The notes beneath the pieces are model-generated. The model worked only from the letters and a program-made list of their open reading frames with translations, was not told the DNA's origin and made no database searches. Shown here piece by piece: positions 1 to 10,930 of a DNA stretch of 64,000 nt. A program made the translations under genes and the position numbers. Numbering within the stretch: the stretch's first letter is position 1; the number at the start of each line of letters is the position of its first letter. The stretch is from Octopus sinensis (taxonomy: Eukaryota): assembly GCF_006345805.1 (NCBI RefSeq), contig NC_043000.1, positions 73,160,001-73,224,000 of the forward strand. The letters run 5' to 3'.

Positions 1-360
1 TTAATTGACAAAATAACTCGTACTTCCCATACCACAAACCTTCTACAAATCTCAAGTATATTAGTTCTTCCAGTAATCACACTAGGGCACTTACTAAGAA
101 TTTAGTTAAAAACATTTCAGTTAGATTGTCTAAACTATCCGCCAATGTTGACATTTTTAACGACCAGGCAGAATTTTATAACTCTCTTGGTTAAAGCTGG
201 GTATAAAGAAAAAGTTACATACATTGATTCTGCTCAATCTCGTCCTTCATCTACTGTTCAAGTAAAAAAATTTAGTTGTAATAATAAGAGTGATTTTAAT
301 TCTAATATTGTAAACAACACAAAAAATAATAAAATTCCTTTACGGGGTAAGGGAGGCAAG
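1..360 (+). mobile_element. Penelope-like element remnant (RT C-terminal region), interrupted by a CR1 insertion
   Basis: RQNFITLLVKAGYKEKVTYIDS resembles the PLE RT-end motif Y..AL..SGYKEKI.Y. PLE homology resumes at ~1420. Boundaries approximate. Confidence 0.5.
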
Positions 361-363
361 CGT

Positions 364-1400
364 TATAATAATAATAATAATAATAATAATGAAATTATTG
401 TATACAGTGCTCAGGTGCACCACAACTTGTCAGAAAGTGCATATAAAGTATATGCAGTAATGTACAAATGTCTGGAAAGAGAACAATGTATGAGTCAGAT
501 ACATGCTTGTGTGTGTATGGAGGGGAGGAAATCAGGTGTAGAGTTGGCGAATCTCAGAAAGCAAGGAAGTTTTGAAGGATGCAGTGCTCCGACAACTAAC
601 AACTGATGCTGGCAGTTTGTTCCATGCTTCAGCAACTCTGAGCGTGAAAAAATGTTTCCGAAAGTCATGGGAGCTGTGCTGTTTTCTGATTTTGTAAATA
701 TGTCCACAGGTGTTAGACTGGTGGAGTTTGAAAAGGTGCTCTGAGTTATTGTTTGTAAGATGGTTGATAATTTTATGGGTGTCTGCCAAGTCAGCTGCCA
801 GATATCGAAGTTTCAATGTGGCCATGCCCAGTGAAGTAAGTTGTTCAGAATATGGCAAATGCCTGATGGAGGGTATTCTTTTGGTTGCACGTCGCTGAAC
901 GACTTCCAGACGATTGATATCCTGGGCAAGATAGGGGTTCCAGACCGGTGATGCAAATTCCAGGTAAGGTCTTACCATAGCTATATAAAACCGCAGATAG
1001 ATAGTCGGAGAGCAGCTCACAAAGGATTTGGTGAGTGATGCCAAGACACCCTCAGCCTTCTTGACAATTTTAGCGATGTGTTTTGTCCAACGCAAATCAC
1101 TGTTGACAATAACACCCAGGTCACGTTCACACAAAGACTTTTTGAGATTAGTCTTGTGGAGGGAATAGGTGGACGCTGGGTTTCTCCTCCCAAAATGCAT
1201 GGGTACATTTGTCCACAGCCAGCTTGAGTTGCCAGTCTATGATCCACTGCTGCATTGTGTCCAGGTCTGCTTGCAATAGAGATCTATAGTGTACAGGATC
1301 TGACCTCTTTATTTCAAGGTACAGCTTGATGTCATCTGCATATTTCAGCACTGTGGCATTCTTTAAGTTGGCATCTATGTCATTAACATATGCAACAAAA
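364..1400 (-). mobile_element. 5'-truncated CR1-like LINE (RT C-terminus, 3' UTR, (TTA)n tail)
   Basis: ORFs 1148-1351 (LKYADDIKLY) and 532-1200 (ERDLGVIV..WNPYL..DINRLEVVQRRATK..FFTLRVAEAWNKLP). (AAT)n tail at 364-390. Same family as 58510-59997. Confidence 0.92.
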
Positions 1401-1419
1401 GCCCATTTTTTTCACTCTA

Positions 1420-1960
1420 GAGGTATTTCACCGTCCTATTGAATGTTAATAGGAAAACTATCTGGTTTGTAATTCTGTATGGAAAACAAATTAAATCTAA
1501 TCTTCCTTTACAATTCCGTGAAGTGGTTGGTAAGAACTTTCCAAAAAATTCTAAATATTATTTAATTATTAATTCTCATATAATTAGGGTTGCCTTCTCC
1601 AACACAAAGAATCTTTCACAAATTATATCTTCTCATAATACCAGTCTGCTAAATAAAAATTCATTTTCTGGGAGTTCCAACATTAATTTTGTTTAGTCCA
1701 GCCCCTCACATAATAATAATAATAACAACAACAACAGCAGCAGCAGCAGCAACACTAAAAACATGGTTTTGGTCTCTGAAGACAACCCCAACAGAATTAA
1801 ATTCATGTCTAATAATTCTAAGATCAAGAATTCTATATACCAATGTAAAATTTCTTGCAGTACTGATGTCTAATCTCACTCTTATCGTTGGAACAGATAC
1901 AGAGACATCAGGAAAGGATTTGCTGATTGTTGTTGGATCTGTTTGGATAGATGATCAATG
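1420..1960 (+). mobile_element. Penelope-like remnant (linker and start of GIY-YIG region)
   Basis: RKTIWF..KNFPKNSKYYLIINSHIIRVAFSNTKNLSQIISSHN matches the PLE linker pattern IWFNPPY..KHFPK..KIFNRN..K.SYS..PN...IISSHN. IYQCKI follows downstream. Confidence 0.65.
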
Positions 1961-2077
1961 CTGATCAATGTTGCATTTCTAAATAAAATAATTAATTTGT
2001 TAAAAAAATGGTATTTTTCATATTTTGATTCATTTTCTCATGATAAGACAGAAAACATATTTCTTTTTTGTTATTAG

Positions 2078-2167
2078 GTGCCTTAATTAATTTAAGGAAC
2101 AATGAAAATCAACTTGCATTTGATTTGGCAAAAGAACCGAAAATCGCTGCCCTTCTACAGTGTTCTG
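2078..2167 (+). CDS. OSTF1: Osteoclast-stimulating factor 1 homologue, penultimate coding exon
   Basis: ttattag|GT...TCTG|gtaag, 90 bp, phase 1 to 1. Encodes GALINLRNNENQLAFDLAKEPKIAALLQCS, matching the last ankyrin repeat of OSTF1 as recalled ([27 protein letters not shown]). Confidence 0.85.
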
Positions 2168-2588
2168 GTAAGAACTGTACTACTGTTTTTTTTTTTAATT
2201 AAACAAGTTAAATCAGGTGTTTTTGATGATTCTAAAAAATTTCATAATCTATTTCAGTTGAATGAGGTAGTCTTTATTCTGTATTTTTAATTTTTCTGTT
2301 ATTTTAGATTTTAAAGTTAAATAAATAAAAATTACCCCATTGTATTGTTTTTTATAAAGATATTGATAAATACAAAATGATGGTGCAATATATTGCTCCA
2401 GCTCAATCATCCACTTGTATAGATGTTAAGATAAGTAAATAAGATAGAAGTCTCTTCTCTTGAAGTAGGGATATAAAATATTTGCAAATTCTTAATTTAT
2501 CTTTTGTAAAATATTCCTTATATTTTGAAGAATATCAAGAAGATGAAAAAGAAACTACATCCTATCTCTTAACCTCATTATTATAGTT

Positions 2589-3017
2589 TTCTTTTACTTG
2601 TTTCAAGTCATTTGACTGTGGCCATGCTTTAGCACCACCTTTAGTCGAACAAATCGACCCCAGGACTTATTCTTTTGTAAGCCTAGTACTTATTCTATCG
2701 GTCTCTTTTTGCTGAACTGCTAAGTTATGGGGACATAAACACACCAGCATCGGTTGTCAAACGATGTTGGGGGGACAAACACACATAAAGAAACATATAC
2801 ACACACACACATACATACATATATATATATACACATATACATATACACATACATACATACGACAGGCTTCTTTCAGTTTCTGTCTACCAAATCCACTCAC
2901 AAGGCTTTGGTTGGCCCGAGGCTATAGAAGAAGACACTTGCTCAAGGTTCCATGCAGTGGGACTGAACCCAGAACCATGTGGTTAGTAAGCAAGCTACTT
3001 ACCACACAGCCACTCCT
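2589..3017 (-). mobile_element. tRNA-derived SINE (family A)
   Basis: Minus-strand head AGGAGTGGCTGTGTGGTAAG...GGTTCAGTCCC (A/B boxes), CA/TA microsatellite body, tail GCATGGCCACAGTCAAATGACT. Recurs at 3036, 20356, 27763 and 40574. Confidence 0.88.
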
Positions 3018-3035
3018 ACCAATACTCTTCATATA

Positions 3036-3393
3036 TACTCTTTTACTCTTTTACTTGTTTCAGTCATTTGACTGCGGCCATGCTGGAGCACCGCCAGTAC
3101 TTATTCTATCGGTCTCTTTTGCCGAACCGCTAAGTGACGGGGACGTAAACACACCAACATCGGTTGTCAAGCAATGCTAGGGGGACAAACACAGACACAA
3201 ACACATACACACACATATATATATATACATATATACGACGGGCTTCTTTCAGTTTCCGTCTACCAAATCCACTCACAAGGCATTGGTCGGCCCGAGGCTA
3301 TAGCAGAAGACACTTGCCCAAGATGCCATGCAGTGGGACTGAACCCGGAACCATGTGGTTGATTAGCAAGCTACTTACCACACAGCCACTCCT
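3036..3393 (-). mobile_element. tRNA-derived SINE (family A), internally deleted
   Basis: Same head and tail as 2589-3017, with a block missing between CCGCC and AGTACTTATTC. Ends in a (TACTCTTT)n tail. Confidence 0.88.
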
Positions 3394-3419
3394 GCGCCTA
3401 TATATATATATATATATAT

Positions 3420-4153
3420 TTTTTTTTTAAATTTTATTTAATTTCAGCTCACAAGCTGTGGCCATGCTGGGGCACCGCCATTTGGTGTTGCTACATGATT
3501 TTACTTCACGAATGCTTTTTAGCAAATGCCATCTGGTGCATGAGAGAGTTTGATGCAGCTTCCCTCATCTGCACCTCCTGCCGTGAAGTTGGTTCATCTG
3601 GGACACCTGACAAGAAGAGATCCAGTTTCATTTTAAAGACATCTGCATCCACCCCATGCAGGTCTCTTAGGTTCTTCGGGAGGATATTGAAGAGCTGTGG
3701 GCCTCGGAAGCCCAGGCTATCACAGTATCTTGTCCTACATCTTGATGGCAAATTTGGAGTCCTTGGCACTATGCAGTGGCGCCCAGTTCTGGCATTTGTG
3801 TAACTCTCGATGCCAAAGTTTGGGACAAGTCCTTCTAGGATCTTCCAGATGTATATTATGGCATATCTTTCTCGCCTACGCTCCAAGGAATAGAGTTTTA
3901 ATCTCTTGAGTCTTTCCCAGTAGCTTATATTCTGCACAGAGGCTATCTTCTTCGTGTAGCTACGTTGGATCGCCTCAAGTTCTGTGATCAACTTGACACT
4001 GGATGGTGACCATAGCTGAGAGCAATAGTCAAAGTGGCTTAGGACAAGTGTCCGCCAGAGGACCATCATGGTTTCCTGGTCTCTTGTTCTAAAGGTTCTA
4101 AGAATCCATCCGGTCAGCCGCCTACATTTCATTGCCAATTTAGCAACATGCAC
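3420..4153 (-). mobile_element. 5'-truncated CR1/L2-group LINE, second family (RT C-terminus and 3' tail)
   Basis: ORF 3506-4153: WILRTFRTRD..LWRTLVLSHFDYCSQLWSP..LEAIQRSYTKKI..SYWERLKRLKLYSLERRRERY..GPQLFNILP. Confidence 0.9.
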
Positions 4154-4823
4154 ATGAATATATATATATATTGTAACTTTTGAGAGTATTTTACATCATT
4201 TTACAGAAATGTGTGTTCTGTTCTAATTCCAACCAATATTTATGGTTTAATTCTTAATATTTTTTTGTACCTATAGGGACAGGTATGAGTTTAGTTAGGA
4301 AGTTTGCTTCATAACTTCATGGTTAAAAATTTAATCCCACTATGCAACAACTTGAGCAACTGTCTGATGCTAAAGCCTGTGCTAACCAATGCCATATGAG
4401 TGAAATTAATAGACAGAAACTGCTTGGTAGACCATTATGTTTGTGCATAAGCGCTCAAATGTTGACATTCCATGGTTTCATTTTTTATTGTCAAAGCTAA
4501 ATGGTGAGAGGATGTTTACATTGCTCCTTCACATTACAGCTAGTCATTCTATACTTATTAAGAGCTGTTGAAAACAAAGTCCCTTATTTGAAAGACATGC
4601 AATGGTTGACTGTAAATTGTCTCAATTAAGTCCCTCTCTATGGAATAATGTGTTAAACACACCTACTAAAAGTATAAACTGTTCCATTTCATCTCTTTTC
4701 TTTAGTTCTTCAAATTTTCTTGACATTTCTGAAAGTTTGTTTTTATTTTTATTTTCTACGATTAAATGATAATTGGAAAATATTTCTTCATAAAATACTA
4801 ATAATTGAATATTTTCTTTAAAG

Positions 4824-4882
4824 ATATTTCAGAAAATGGTGATGACTATTTGGATGATACAGATGGATCAGAATCTGATTAA
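4824..4882 (+). CDS. OSTF1: OSTF1 homologue, terminal coding exon
   Basis: Phase-1 acceptor (aag at 4821-4823; an in-frame alternative cag at 4830-4832). Encodes (D)ISENGDDYLDDTDGSESD*, matching the OSTF1 acidic tail (..EDYLDDEDSD). TAA at 4880-4882. Confidence 0.82.
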
Positions 4883-5003
4883 CCTCAATGCTGTTTTTTT
4901 TTGATAGTTTTTATATAAAAATTTGGATAAAGAAAATTTGAGGGATGAAACCTCAACATTTGTAATTATATACATACGTTATTCTTGAAGATAAAACAAT
5001 ACA

Positions 5004-5009
5004 AATAAA
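5004..5009 (+). promoter_or_regulatory. Candidate polyadenylation signal for OSTF1
   Basis: AATAAA about 120 nt after the stop codon. The context is AT-rich, so support is weak. Confidence 0.3.
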
Positions 5010-5539
5010 TGCCAATATGGAAAATAGACCAACCAAGTAAATAGCAGAACTTCCTAATTCGATTTTAGATCACTTCTTACTCAGATGCATGCATTTCTAA
5101 AGAAAAAAATATATATATGGACCTGAAAACTAAACTTATTTTAGATTTTTCCAGTTAATAACTTAAGCCTTCATTATTTTTCTAATCTTTTTCTAAATGA
5201 CTTACTTTTTACATATATATATATTTTGTACTCAGAGCTACAGAATTTCAATTTTTTTTAACCACTATGCTACCTACATTAAACATTCCAATGCACAAGA
5301 TTTATGAGTATTCATACTCTATTTGCTTATTTTACTATTTTGTTCCTTCTTTGTTTTTGTATTTTGTTTTTCTGTTCCATGAAACTACAATTTTTATCTT
5401 TTGCTTTTGAAATTTATTTTTACATTAATCTACAAATTTCATATTGGCTATGCAATGGAAATAAATATAAAAAGAGAATCCATTTTTTGAAACTTTTTCT
5501 AGTTCATCCTTTGAATTTGCTTTCTTAACCCTTTCATTA

Positions 5540-5960
5540 CTATCCTGCCAGTATTCGCCCCAAGAGAATATCTTTCATATAATATAATGCAATATGTATC
5601 TCATTGATTATTCTGGGTAAAGAAGAGTAAAACAACATATGGAGTGGGAGTGAGTGATAGTCAGAGATGCTGACACTTGTTGGTGTCTCCATTGGTGCTG
5701 CTACAACCTTTGTCGTTGTTGGAGCTGTTATTGGCAGTACAGTGGTGGTTGATGTCATTATTATTAGCAATATCATTAGCGAAGGTTCTATTTCTGCTAA
5801 AGTTGCTGCTGTTGCTATTATTACTACCATTCCTACTATTGCCATAGCTGCTGCTGCTATTAATGTCAGATACCACCTCAGCCTCATATATGACCCCTAT
5901 GGTTTTGCATTGGACTTCCATTGGGCATCTGCTGAGCATCCCACTTCTGCTCATTACCTA
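5540..5960 (-). mobile_element. Penelope-like GIY-YIG endonuclease remnant with N/S-rich insertion
   Basis: CPMEVQCKTIGVIYEAEV (PLE CP..G.C....VIY.A.V), then an N/S low-complexity tract, then HYII(*)KIFS (PLE PY.I.WKIL). Confidence 0.65.
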
Positions 5961-6018
5961 GGGGTATTAACTAAAATACTCTGAATATTGGAGGCCCACA
6001 CATTTATAGATACATACA

Positions 6019-6075
<57 letters not shown>

Positions 6076-6209
6076 AACTTATAAACAAGAGCAAAAGAAA
6101 AAATTATTATGCCAAATGTGCCGAAAATAGATAAATTGTCAATAACCATATAATTTATCACTATTAAAATCCATCTCGAAGTAAGCTGACAGAAATTTCT
6201 AAAAAATTC

Positions 6210-6280
6210 CGTTATTACCGTATTGGTCCCAATTTCAGAGTTAATTCATAAGAATTTTCTCCTCATCAGCGATAAATACG
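6210..6280 (-). ncRNA. Type I hammerhead ribozyme (intact core)
   Basis: Minus strand: stem I UUAUCG / CUGAUGA / stem II GGAG..AAUUC-UUAU-GAAUU..CUCU / GAAA / stem III UUGG-GA-CCAA / AUA cleavage triplet (cut between 6221 and 6220) / stem I CGGUAA. Confidence 0.8.
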
Positions 6281-6914
6281 TAAGACATAAATGAAATACT
6301 TGCTCATACCCATGGAAAAAGCAAGCACTAAAATAGGAAATCTTCAGCACATCTCGAGACACATGCGATTCAAACTAGAAACTCTCACAGAGTGAGAGAG
6401 TCTGGAAGTGAACGCTATTAAATTTACATCTAATATAGGATAATATTTTTCTAAAAAAATTTTATAAATGGTCAGCATATTAAAATATGTTATTACTGTA
6501 TTGGGACCAATACGGTAATAACGGAATTTTTTAGAAATTTCTGTCGGTTTACTTTGAGATGCATGTTAATAGTGATAAATTATATGGTTATTGATAATTT
6601 GTCTATTTTTGGCATATTTGGCATTAGAATTTTTTCTTTTGCCCTTGTTTATAAATTTAACCTTTAAAGGTATTTTTTAATATACTGGCCATTAATAAAA
6701 TTTTTTTGAAAAATTTTATCCTATATTAGATGTAAATTTAATAGTATTCACTTCCGGACTCTCTCACTCTGTGAGAGTTTCTAGTTCGAATCACACGTAT
6801 CTCGAGATGTGCTGAAGATTTTCTATGTCGGATATATTTGGGGTACTTAAGTCTGCTCATGACTTAGTGCTTGCTTTTTCTATGGGTATGAGTAAGTATT
6901 TCATTTATGTCTTA

Positions 6915-6985
6915 CGTATTTATTGCTGATGAGGAGAAAATTCTTATGAATTAACTCTGAAATTGGGACCAATACGGTAATAACG
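6915..6985 (+). ncRNA. Type I hammerhead ribozyme (intact core)
   Basis: Stem I 6920-6925 pairs with 6975-6980 (two G.U). CTGATGA 6926-6932, stem II 6933-6958, GAAA 6959-6962, stem III TTGG-GA-CCAA 6963-6972, AUA with predicted cut after 6974. Distal CGT/ACG pairing at 6915-6917 and 6983-6985. Confidence 0.8.
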
Positions 6986-7208
6986 GAATTTTTTAGAAAT
7001 TTCTGTTGGCTTACTTCGAGATGCATGTTAATAGTGATAAATTATATGGTTATTGACAATTTGTTTATTTTCAGCATATTTGGCATTAGAATTTTTTTCT
7101 TTTGCCCTTGTTTATAAGTTGTTTATAAATTTAACCTTTAAAGGTATTTTTTAATATACTGGCCATTGATAAAATTTTTTTCGAAAAAGTTTATCCTATA
7201 TTAGATAC

Positions 7209-7245
<37 letters not shown>

Positions 7246-7976
7246 TGTGTGTGTGTTTATTATACACACACACACACACATACATACATAGGTATAATAT
7301 ATATAATGGCTGTCCACTCATGACCGAGGAAGACCATCACTGACCATTGCCCATGCAAAATACCTACAATTTTCGTGCATGATGCTTCACCCAGGTTAAC
7401 ATCCGGAGCACCCTCCCATTTGACTGAGCAGCAGAAAGTTACCTTGCCAATGATTACACAACCTAGAATTTTAGGTTCAATAAGACTTGCACATTACCTC
7501 ACAGACCCTCTCCACCCTACTAACATGATCCAGAGATAAGCCAGGCAAGATATCAATACCAATATGGGTCACAGGTTCAGGAATGTGGAAGTGCCATGAT
7601 CAAAGTGCAAGTAAAAGATCCCCAAAATGTACAATGCCATTCCCTGCATATCTCATTTTATAACAGGGTGACCTTTTCCTAGCATGCCAGAGACCAACCC
7701 ATTTTTGCTAGATGGTCATTGAACCTATGCTAAGTTCATCTATCCTTTGAGCAGATAACTTGTGAGGTCTCTCATGAGTGCTACTGTAACATGGAATCCA
7801 GTACAATCTGTTGCATGGTCAGGTCATCATCAACTCAACTGGTACCTTCACTAAGCTTGCCTGGTGAGGAGAGTTGTTAGAACCCCGTATAATATATACA
7901 CATACACATATATGACAAGCTTTCAGTTTCCATTGACCAAATCTATTCACAAGTGTTTGTTTGACCCAGGACTATA

Positions 7977-8501
7977 TCTGTATATATAAAAGGCCGGATG
8001 TGTGTGTGTACGTGAATGTAATTTATGTACATCCACAAATTAGCACACATGTCGCTCCAATTTTAGGACATTCATCATGACCCTAGCTGTATTTTCGTTA
8101 ACTTATTTTTACCAGAGGCACCAGCGAATAGCAGTAAAAATTAATTTTCAACCAAAACTTTTAACAATTTTCAAGTCGGAGAAATCATCATTGTTTGCAA
8201 ACAGGAGTTAAGTCCCCTTCTAGCGATGAGTAAGTTTTTGTTAAGACTTTTGTTGTTTATTTTCCAACGAAGAAAAAAGTGTTTTGTTGATATACGGGCA
8301 GCACACACACAAACATGTATGCAATAGGTGTATGTACATACGTGTGTGTTGCCCATATATATATATATATATTTATAAACCAATTTCAACGGATTTCACC
8401 CAAATTTGACGTTGATGTTACTTAGTTTGGTTTGAAATAAAGAACTTTATTAGCTTAATAATCCTAACTTGATCCCAGGCAAAGCCAGGTTATACTGCTA
8501 G
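7977..8501 (+). mobile_element. Non-autonomous Helitron-like element
   Basis: A|TCTGTATATATAAAAG 5' end. 3' GC hairpin CCCAGGCAAAGCCAGG followed by TTATACTG-CTAG|T. No TSD. Related to 12866-13278. Confidence 0.7.
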
Positions 8502-8789
8502 TGTATTATATATTTACAAAGACTGGAATATGTGATACCATTTTAATTCTGTGTTACACAAGTTTCATCACAATATGGGATATACATTTCACCAGGAATC
8601 TTAACTTATAGTATGATATTCTCATTTAAAATAAGACATCTTCATACATATATTTGATTATAGGAATACACAAATGTGCTTCATGGGGACACAGCTTGGC
8701 TTATACCCTTTTATATATTATATATTTACATGTGTATGTATGTATGTGTGTGTGTGTGTATATATATATATACACTCACGGAGACTGCA

Positions 8790-8938
8790 CTCACAGACAC
8801 TACACTCATGGAGTGGTTGGCGTTAGGAAGGGCATCCAGCCATAGAAACATTGCCAGATCAGACTGGGCATGGTGCAGCCTTCTGGCTTCCGAGACCCCA
8901 GTTGAACCGTCCAGCCCATACTAAATGATGATGATGAT
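8790..8938 (+). mobile_element. RTE LINE 3'-tail-only copy
   Basis: ACACTC..GGAGTGGTTGGCGTTAGGAAGGGCATCCAG..CCGTCCAGCCCAT plus (GAT)n, the same tail as the RTE copies at 14102 and 33515. Confidence 0.75.
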
Positions 8939-9224
8939 ATATAATCATCATTTAACATTCCCTTTTCTACACTTGCATAGGTGGGATTTGTTGAGGTAGA
9001 TTTTTTACAGCCAAATGTGTTCTTCCACACAAGACTGGAAATAAACAACATTGCTTACATGATGGTGATGGATGCTTTTTTTACAGCCATCACATAATGT
9101 CAAAACAACTCTACACACACATACACACAGTAGCGGCCATAATGCAAGGGTCAGTAAGAACGAGTGTATTGAAATATTTATTATAGAAGATTAATAACAT
9201 GTTGAGACGAGATATTTTACACAT

Positions 9225-9503
9225 ATTGTTGCCAGTGCCGCTGGACTGGCTCCTGTGCAGGTAGCAAGTAAAAACACCTTTTGAGCGTGGTCGTTGCCAG
9301 AACTGTGTGACTGGCCCTCATACCGGTGGCACGTAAAAAGCACCCACTACACTCTCAGAGTGGTTGGTGTTAAGAAGGGCATCCAGCTGTAGAAACTCTG
9401 CCAGATCAGATTGAACCTGGTGCTGCCTCTGGCGTGCCAGTCCTCAGTCAAACCGTCCAACCCATGTCAGCATGGAAAGCAGATGTTAAACGATGATGAT
9501 GAT
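9225..9503 (+). mobile_element. RTE LINE 3' UTR-only copy with ~2 array units
   Basis: ..GGTGGCACGTAAAAAGCACC units, then the conserved tail and (GAT)n. Confidence 0.78.
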
Positions 9504-9589
9504 ATATATATAAAGTTAGAAATAGTTTAGGAAGATACAGAAAGAACGAGACAAAAGAAAAAAAATAAGATATTAGTTTAACATTTGAA

Positions 9590-10930
9590 TGGAGAAAGGA
9601 GCATCCTGGACGTTTCAGACGTTAGCCCTTTTCTGAAAGAAAAGGAGATGAAGGAGAAATATCTAGAGGGAGGAGGAGAAGAAAGATAGATGGAGAGAGA
9701 AAGTATGTGTGAAGGAGGTAAGGTGAAGATGAAAGGAAGGGGAATGCTACCTATGAGTTGGCATCAGGAAGAGAAATGGAGGTAAGTGTATTTGGTTGAA
9801 TGTATATGTGTGTAAGGGGTGTGTTATTGTATAAATTGTGTGACATATATAAATGTTTAGATGGTGGGTTATGTGAATAAGTGTATCTGGGAGTAGTAGT
9901 GTTGGAAAGAAAAGGGCAAGTTTGACAGCAATGATAGGAAATTGGGGTGGATCTTTGAGATTGCAGGCATGCTTAAAAGAAGGAGAGGCAAAAAACTGGA
10001 GGTGACAGGGTCACATTGGAAGTCAATGGTCTGCTGGAGGAGTATGGTTGAGAGGTGTTAGGTGAGAGGAAAATGTAGGAAGATATAGCTTACTGCATAG
10101 GTATGAGGAATGTAAATTTGGATATTCTTTCTGATCATTCTTTGACCTTGAGTCTCAAAATCATGGTTGCTGCAACAGGGACAGCAAAGGTGAAGGAATT
10201 GAGAGTAGAGGATGGTGTGCTTAGTACAAGTGGAGTCAGAGGAGGAAAAGTTAAGTGGGAGTTGGTTGGTTTAAAGAAACAGATGTAGGAAGTGAATTAT
10301 TAAGAAGAAAGAGAAGTTAAGCTCTTCACAAGATAAAGGGGTGGCTCTGATATGATCTTCAATATAGCATCTGTATAACTCTAAGGTGGAACTGAGAAAA
10401 GATTTGTGATTCAATATAACAGACAAATATTTGGTACAGTTGAAGTCATTTTTGTACCCATGGCCATCCCAGTAAACTGTTGATAGATCTTGCCCATATT
10501 GGGAAAATAGTTGTTGGTAAATACAATTTTAATCAGATGGAGGAAGCTGGAGGTACTAGGATAATGAATGATGCATAAATCAAGAAAGTATGAGAAATGA
10601 CTGTATTTAGAGGTGATGTCTTTAGTGAAAAGAAAGCAGGAGAGCCAAGGAGTTGAGGAAGCAGATTGTATAGTTGGTGTCATAAATGTGGAAAGGGAGT
10701 GTAGCCACCAGGAGTAATAAAAGGATATCAAGGATGGCAGAGGTAGGTCCAGAGGTGCAGTTGCAGGTGGAGATGATGGGCAGCCAAGGTTGTCAAATTT
10801 CTGGATTTTAGGGAGGAACTAAATGATAGGAGTGCAGAGTATCCAGACAATGAGGTTCAAGGTGGTGGAAGATAGAAAGGGGGAGGTTAAGTATAAGGAA
10901 AGAGGAGAAAGGCCAGAAAATGAGTGAGGG
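9590..10930 (-). mobile_element. Penelope-like RT/EN remnant ending in a degenerate minimal HHR
   Basis: ORF 10411-10731: LFTKDITSKY..VFTNNYF..YQQFTGMAMGTKM..PNI (PLE RT motifs). GAAACGTC motif at 9609-9616 at the 3' end. Confidence 0.7.

Larger units (their letters stand above)
6072..7205. repeat. Compound tandem and inverted repeat of a 462-bp hammerhead-containing unit
   Basis: 6501-6962 repeats as 6963-7205 (period 462). 6072-6485 is the reverse complement of ~6675-7127. Bounded by (TA)n tracts. Confidence 0.92.

Noticed and set aside
145-606. 153-aa ORF
   Set aside because: It is a chimera of a PLE remnant, the (AAT)n tail and antisense CR1 3' UTR.
5667-5984. Hydrophobic ORF resembling a membrane protein (similar ORFs at 28080-28306 and 48697-48969)
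   Set aside because: These are antisense or off-frame readings of N/S/T-rich trinucleotide tracts within or near retroelements.
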